A stretch of 64,000 nucleotides of DNA from Lytechinus pictus (Eukaryota): the NCBI RefSeq assembly GCF_037042905.1, contig NC_087251.1:12898001-12962000 (forward strand), given 5' to 3'. This document shows, piece after piece, positions 57,564-64,000 of this stretch. Each line of letters opens with the position of its first letter. Within the stretch, counting starts at the first letter, position 1. The notes under the pieces were generated by a model. That model did no database searches and was not told the origin of the DNA. It saw only the letters and a program-made list of their open reading frames with translations. The position numbers and the translations under genes are program-made.

Positions 57564-58056
57564 TATGCTTTTCACACTGCACTTTTTTCCCTTAGCCCCA
57601 GGAAATTGGTGGGGCTAAGGGGGGTCCTAGCCCCACCAATTACCCGGGGTTAAGCTTAGCCCACTTCGTTTTCACACTACGTTTTAGCAAAGTGGGCTAG
57701 CACGGTAAATTGTACGGTACTATCTGGCCATGCAAAAAAGCAGGGTTAGCTGGCTTATTGTGCCACAATTGCGGTGCTAAGAGATGCAGTGGGAAACGAA
57801 ACAGGGCTAAGCAAAAGTGGGGCTAAGCATTAGCTAATCACAGAAGTCGAAATTGCACGTTAATCGCGCTCAGTATGGTAAAATCATCAATATTTATGAG
57901 CTGTGTGATTGCCGGGGGTTAAGGCGTTAACCCCAGCTAAGCAATAGTACGGGGTTAAGAAAGACAGTGTGAATCGAAAAAAAGATGGTATGGGGTTAAG
58001 GATAGTCCGGGGTTAAGGATAGTATGGGGTTAAGGATATGCAGTGTGAAAAGCATA
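57564..58056. mobile_element. Harbinger-like MITE with internal ggggttaag/ggggctaag repeats
   Basis: tatgcttttcacactgca / tgcagtgtgaaaagcata. Confidence 0.82.
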
Positions 58057-59842
58057 TCTGTGTATTTGTTAATAGGTCCGACTACTGTCTCTGTTCACAT
58101 GTGCTTTAGATTGTAAGGTCTACTGAATTCCTCTGGTATTTGTGACGAGTGTGTCTACATACATGTAGATATGTGCAGATAGTATGGAAGTGAACACAGA
58201 AATACCCAGATATCTGAGTGTGCCATGTTCACATCTGCTGTAGATGTATGGTATACCGTATTTCACTGGTGTTTGTGTCGAGTGTGACTTCATGTACGTA
58301 CATAATAAAATGAAAACAGATATATCCAGATAATCTTTTTTTTCAAATCATGGTCAATGCACCATTCATCATTCATCAATCATTTCATCAAAGTAAAAAC
58401 ATCTCTAACCAGTAACGCCCTTGTGTGCTTATGGTATGTAATGCTCATGTCTAAATCGCTTCTCAAGAGCGAGACTTAAATGATAATGTGAACACTCCCT
58501 TGATCTGTGCACTTGAAGTAAGAGCAAGATGTTGGACAGGAAGAAGGAAGAGGCTTGGAAAAAAAATCATTTAAGAAGGATGTGTGTAAAAGACATTAAC
58601 TACCCTAACAACTCCGTTCTATGCTTTGATTTATAAAGTTTAAGGGAAAATCCTGTTGTTGGAAGCTGAAAAGAATTGTGAGGATTTTTAATGTTGGTTT
58701 TCCAATCATTTAGGAAGAAATTTACAATAAAGGGGTCATCTCTTCTCAGATCCCCTCAAATTCAAGCAATGATAAAAGATAGCTAGGATATTGTGGAGGG
58801 TAATTTGTGCATTCTGTGTGGAGTGCATGTTACTTGTATGATATGAATCAATTCTTTTCATTTTGGTGATTCCAAAATTTTGCAGTGGCTCATTGAGAAA
58901 AAGTTTGCAACAGTTTTGTGGCATTTTCTTCCAAAGTTTAATCTTATGACTAGAAAGGAAATATATCTTTATTGTACAGTGCATAATCCTTTGCATTATT
59001 TTTTAAAAAGAATAAGTTTGTAAGTTTCCTCTCAGAATACAATTACAAACAATAAACCTTCCTCCAGCTACATGATTGTTATTTCCTCCATTATCTTCAT
59101 GTAGTTTTCAGATAAGTAATGTTTTCGTAAAGTATTTAGTCGCTGTCACATACCTTAATTAGTATATGCATGATAGAGGAACAATTCTTCTGAGCAGTCA
59201 GATAATTGATGTTCAGTCGATCAATTTCATTGTAACTGTGGGAATAAATTGGTACAAGCCACATGAATCACAGATACATCTTGGTTTACACCACTTTCAA
59301 AGTGTGATGATGTTCCTTGTGGTCAGATAAGTGCTGTTTTGTGGTTAAAACAAGAAGCCATGGATGTCATGATGTATCGGTTAAAGAGATACATTGTATT
59401 TACATGTATATAAAAAAGTTGAATCCCTTCATGTGTTTTTTTTGTGGGGGGGGGGGGAGGGGCAAAGCAGATGTCATTCATTTGCACAGTTGATATACAT
59501 ATTTTTCAAATAATAAATTTTGATGAAGGAGGATTGTTTTAGTTTGTTTGTTTTGTTTTACATATTTAGTCCTCAGTTTGCTTGATCCTGTTGCAGTCTC
59601 TATAAAAGATATTTACTGTCATTCTTGTTTCACACTCACATTCAATGAAAGATAATATAATACAGTCTGTCTTTAGATTTCTTTGATAATGCTTGTGAAC
59701 AAATACATGAAAAATGGAAATATGTAATAGATGAATGATTTTATTAAATTCCTAGAACTTAAAAGATTTTCTGATGCATGATGTGTAACATGTTTTCCAA
59801 GTTTATATAATTTCACTGTTTTCCCTTTGAAATTTATCACAG

Positions 59843-59987
59843 ACGGATCTTAACCAGCCACCCTCCAATGCCGCATACATTCTCCAAAGAGGTCAAAGAT
59901 TTTATCAACAAGTTACTCATCAAGGATCCAACCAAAAGACTTGGATGTAACGGGGTGAAAGACGTCAAATCTCATTCCTTCTTCAAG
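59843..59987 (+). CDS. RPS6KA5: MSK exon F (145 nt, phase 2-0): QRILTSHPPMPHTFSKEVKDFINKLLIKDPTKRLGCNGVKDVKSHSFFK
   Basis: tttatcacag|ACGGAT; AAG|gtatgg; subdomain XI LLxKDPxKRLG; phase fits exon E. Confidence 0.94.
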
Positions 59988-60809
59988 GTATGGTCTATTT
60001 TAATAGTGAAGGTAAAATGAAAAGAAAAAGAACAGGTGACCTAGTAATGAGAATATATAAAGACAGGCCCACTGATGAAACCTGGTTATATTCCATGTTC
60101 CTTGCTAAGCATATACACTGGATAGAAGTTTCTTTTATTCATACATTCTAGTGGGTGTTTTATAAAGCTATTTGTAAGTTAAGTATGACTGGTGAACCTT
60201 TTTTATGCGCAAAATAATCACCAATGAACATTTAATAGTCAATATCATTTACCACAAGAAAGTATCACCAGTCGTTCTGAAATTCGCTCTTAACTTATAT
60301 CAGCATTATGAAATGGCCTCAGGTCTGATAAAATATACAAATATGATAGGAATTCATTTTAATGTAGTTTCATAATGGTCTTGCATTGTTGCAATTCTGA
60401 GCTGATTGAGCTGTTCATTTTGTCAGAAAAAACAAGAGACTTCTTGAAATAGAGTTTTCTCAATGAAGAATAAAAGTTATTAGTCATATGGGTTTTAATT
60501 TTTTAGATATATTGCAGACGTGTGGATCAGTGGATATGTCCCCAGATTTTGAGCCATGAGGTCCCAAATTCAAATCCCACCATACAATAAGCATCCTCTG
60601 ACAAGGCAGTAATCTGCGTATCTTGCCAAAGCCTGGTTAATGATTTGTAAACGCTCAAAATCATTGGTATTACATGATTCAAAATTATTTTATTACATTA
60701 TTTTGTTGAGGGATTGAGCCTAGAAAATGTCTGTGACAATAGGTACCTGCACCCTTCAGAACTCATATCGACTGAGAACAGGACACCAGAATTCCTTTGG
60801 GTGCTTCAT

Positions 60810-61008
60810 TTGTTTTTTACAGGGTTGAACTGGGAAGATCTGGCAAAGAAGGTATCTCCTCTCGCCATCGGACTTCTCCTCAAGGGGGAACTGGATACCA
60901 GTAACTCTGAATCTATTATTTTTTGACAGGAATAGAAATGGGAAGAAATGGAGGCTACAGTGGTACCTCTAGCGATCACACCCCACACTGGGAACTGGAC
61001 ACTAGTAT
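60810..61008 (+). pseudogene. Two degenerate tandem copies of the acceptor plus 5' part of exon G
   Basis: ttttttacag|GGTTGAACTGGGAAGAT...GGGGAACTGGATACCAGTAAC (from 60823) and ttttttgacag|GAATAGAAATGGGAAGAA...GGGAACTGGACACTAGTA (from 60930) align to 61035-61130. Confidence 0.85.
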
Positions 61009-61044
61009 TATTTAGTTAGTTTTAGTTTTATTATTTTTTTACAG

Positions 61045-61209
61045 GGGTTGAAATGGGAAGATGTAGAGGCCAAGAGGGTACCTCCACCCTTCAGACCCCA
61101 CATCAATGGGGAACTGGATACCAGCAACTTTGCAGAGGAGTTCACATCTCTCATCCCTGCCGACTCTCCAGCAGACATTCCCAAGACGGCCGATGCAAGG
61201 GTCTTTAGG
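61045..61209 (+). CDS. RPS6KA5: MSK exon G (165 nt, phase 0-0): GLKWEDVEAKRVPPPFRPHINGELDTSNFAEEFTSLIPADSPADIPKTADARVFR
   Basis: tttttttacag|GGGTTG; AGG|gtaagt; AGC C-tail PPPFRP, DTSNF, an SP turn-motif site, and the start of the hydrophobic motif. Confidence 0.94.
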
Positions 61210-61599
61210 GTAAGTCTATAATATATGTTAAGATCTTGGAAATCATGTGAATTTTTAAATTACAGAAATGTACAAATTTTGAATCGAAAGTTTTACTTTG
61301 AAATATGGAGCATTTATCCTTATTACAATGGATATCCCACAAATAGATCTCACTTTTGCAATGGTTATTATCTTGGTGACCTTCAGATCATAATAAACAT
61401 ATTTTGATTCCGGTGAGATTCAGTTATCGTTTGCTGTGCTGTCCTGGATAAGCATGTGTGTTTGTCGTGAATGAGGTTATCTGTGACACAAATCAACCTC
61501 CATGTTTTTCGTCTGCAATATTTCATGGAAATTGTATACTGTATGAACATTATTGATGCCAGACTTTCTTAGGGTGATTGACCCAATGTATTGAAGACA

Positions 61600-62073
61600 G
61601 TGATATATGGAGAGAATGGGAAGGCTACAGATAGGGAGAGAGAAATGGGGGAGGAATGGCACAGATAGTCTTTTCAGTTATTGACTCATGGCATATAGAC
61701 AGACATGCTGATAAAAACACCTACACACGCCGCTGAACACTGATACAGACAACTGAGAGACACAGAGACAGACAGTTATAGAGAAAGATGATAAAATGAG
61801 GGAAAGAAACGATATAGATTGCAAAAATGAGGAGGAAGGGGTGGAAGGGAAGGGGGAGAGGGGGTTAGGGAGTAGAGAGCAAGACACTGAATAGAGAGGG
61901 AAACGGAAGGAGCCGGGAAATAAAGAATAAAGGGTGAGAAATATAAAGAGAGAGAGAGAAAGAGGAGTGGGGAAGGATATAAAAAGAATGGGGAGAGAGG
62001 GGGATAGGGGAAGAAAGAAAGATAATAAGAGAGGGGGGATAAAGGAGAGGCAGGCAGGAGGGTGAAGATAGAG

Positions 62074-62104
<31 letters not shown>

Positions 62105-63450
62105 CACTGGCACTGAGACAGCAATGTGACAGCCCTCCTCTTTATCCTCAAGGAAAGTCAAATTTACTTTCATTATGGATGTATTCCGCTGTGTCTGTGC
62201 TCTCAATTATATCCTATCAGCGAATGACTTCAGTCTCCTCTCCCTTCAAAATCTAGATGGCTACCAGAAGAATATAAAGGTCATTGGCCTGTATTTTCAC
62301 AAAATTCCTATAAACTTCAAGCCAGGATCTATTGCAGTGCGTGGACCGCTGATTTTATGAATTCTCCAAATGTCAATCTTTTATCTTACACAGCTTACTG
62401 CAAATGTATGATATTGAAGTGAAATAATGTAACATATGTTATCTTTGTATAAAATGTATATATGATCTTTAATTTGTAGCTGAAATTCCCTCATTTTTTG
62501 GGTAAATAGCAATATTGATAAAAAAAACTGAAAAAAAGTTAATTTGAATTATCTCCCGTAATTCAGGCCATTGATTCAAAGTCAAATTCTACTATTCCTA
62601 GAAATTATTAAAGATTATATAAAAAGATTAAAGCATGTTAGTGGCAGGTTTACAAGTAAAATATAAACAAGTTTGTCTTAGGCTGTCATTCACCAAAAAA
62701 AAGAAGAGTAAATACAGTTTTTCTCACTTTAAGATGAACCCCTTTAAAACAAATTCCTGTCTGGGGGCTTTGACTGTATCATTTCCAGATTTTTGAAATA
62801 TTCTGCAGGAAATTTGCTTAACAATCATGACTGCATTCTCTCCTGTATGAGGCATATTAAAAGTATTTTTCTTGGAAAAATAGTAGTTAATTCGGTACAG
62901 TTACAGTGGGAAGTATTTCATTTGCTGGGGGGAAGTGTGATGGTGAGAAGTGGAAAAAGGAAGTGGGAGGGGAGAGACGAGAAGAAAGAGAGTCGTGGAG
63001 AATAAGCAGATCAATGTATTGTCTTTATGGTGTGAATAAACAAAAGTATTATATGTACTACTTTTTCTTTGAAGAAACAGTATTTTACGGTAATATGCTA
63101 CAGTTGAAGAGGGAAGTTGTTCATTGGCAGGGGAAGTGTGATCGCGACAAGGGAATAGGGGAAGGTGGTTTGAGATATTGCATGATGGAATGGGTGGGGG
63201 TGTGTAGGTGTGAGTAAGAGAGGGGTGAGGGTTTGGAGGAAAGGGAAGGGGTGAGATGAGTGAAGATGGGAAGGGAGGGGAGGGTAGAAATAGTCATGGT
63301 GTAAGGATGTGTATGTGTATGAGAGAGCGAGAGAAAGAGAGAGAGAGACTGTGTTACAGATAGACAGAGATAGCATGACAGGCGAGGGGATGGACATCCA
63401 TGAGGAAGGGGAGAAGAGGAGCAAGAGAGAGAGAGAGAGAGATGTAGAGT
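61600..63450. repeat. Purine-rich low-complexity tracts with (GA)n (61600-62105, 62920-63440)
   Basis: Direct reading. Confidence 0.85.
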
Positions 63451-64000
63451 GGGTGTGTGGCTGATGATCTAAGAAGTCAAGATCTAAGAAGTCAAACTCT
63501 TAGCATATTTCCACTCTAAATTTAAATAATCAACATCCATGTCATTGTTAATTTAATCTTTATCTCTTTGATTAGGAACGAGCGATTACTTTCTTCTTGG
63601 TGTATTAGTTTAACACATCTTCAAGCCGTGATTCATTTCCTAAATGATTCATGTTAGGTTGGGGAAGCTCAAATTGCACGTGTCCTGCTACTTATCTGTC
63701 ATATCATGTCAAGTTAATTCTCATGTGTTCATTATCATATTGTAGTAGAGAGGGAGAGGGGAAGGGAATGCCGGGGGGGGGGGGGGACAGGGAGAGAGAA
63801 AAGGGAGGGGGCAGAAAGGAGGCTAACGGCTCTGGCACACACATTAGCTTTGCCTGCTAAATGATCTCATGCACGGTGACGGTGTGCGACAAACCTCCAT
63901 TATTTATCATTTTTAGATAGCTTATTTCTTCTATTTCATCTAAAACAGTCTAGGAAAAGGTACAATATACCTCACATTTCACCATAATATTTTTTCTACA

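Noticed and set aside
61678..63424. Leu/Ser/Pro-rich minus-strand ORFs
   Set aside because: Artefacts of GA-rich low-complexity DNA

Overview
AT-rich eukaryotic genomic DNA. The repeat landscape suggests an echinoderm, probably a sea urchin (inference only). The window holds part of one large + strand gene, an MSK-type ribosomal protein S6 kinase (RPS6KA5/RPS6KA4 orthologue). Seven coding exons between 16735 and 61209 splice GT-AG in one continuous frame (phases 1-1-1-0-0-2-0-0). They encode the complete N-terminal AGC kinase domain and the linker up to the hydrophobic motif. The first coding exon was not found, and the C-terminal kinase domain lies beyond the window. Introns and upstream DNA are packed with TEs: two CR1/L2-group LINEs, Helentron-like HINEs with internal tandem arrays, TTAA-flanked and Harbinger-like MITEs, and tRNA-derived SINEs. 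Most notable are: a 327-bp insertion with a 12-bp TSD carrying a hammerhead-ribozyme-like core; a 2.7-kb TIR element with a 6-bp TSD enclosing a promoter-like CpG island; a 34-bp palindromic micro-element with an 8-bp TSD; two degenerate tandem copies of an exon start whose acceptors both lead to an immediate stop; and internal evidence that the abundant TACATGTA words are TA-site footprints. All coordinates were read by eye, and no database search was run.
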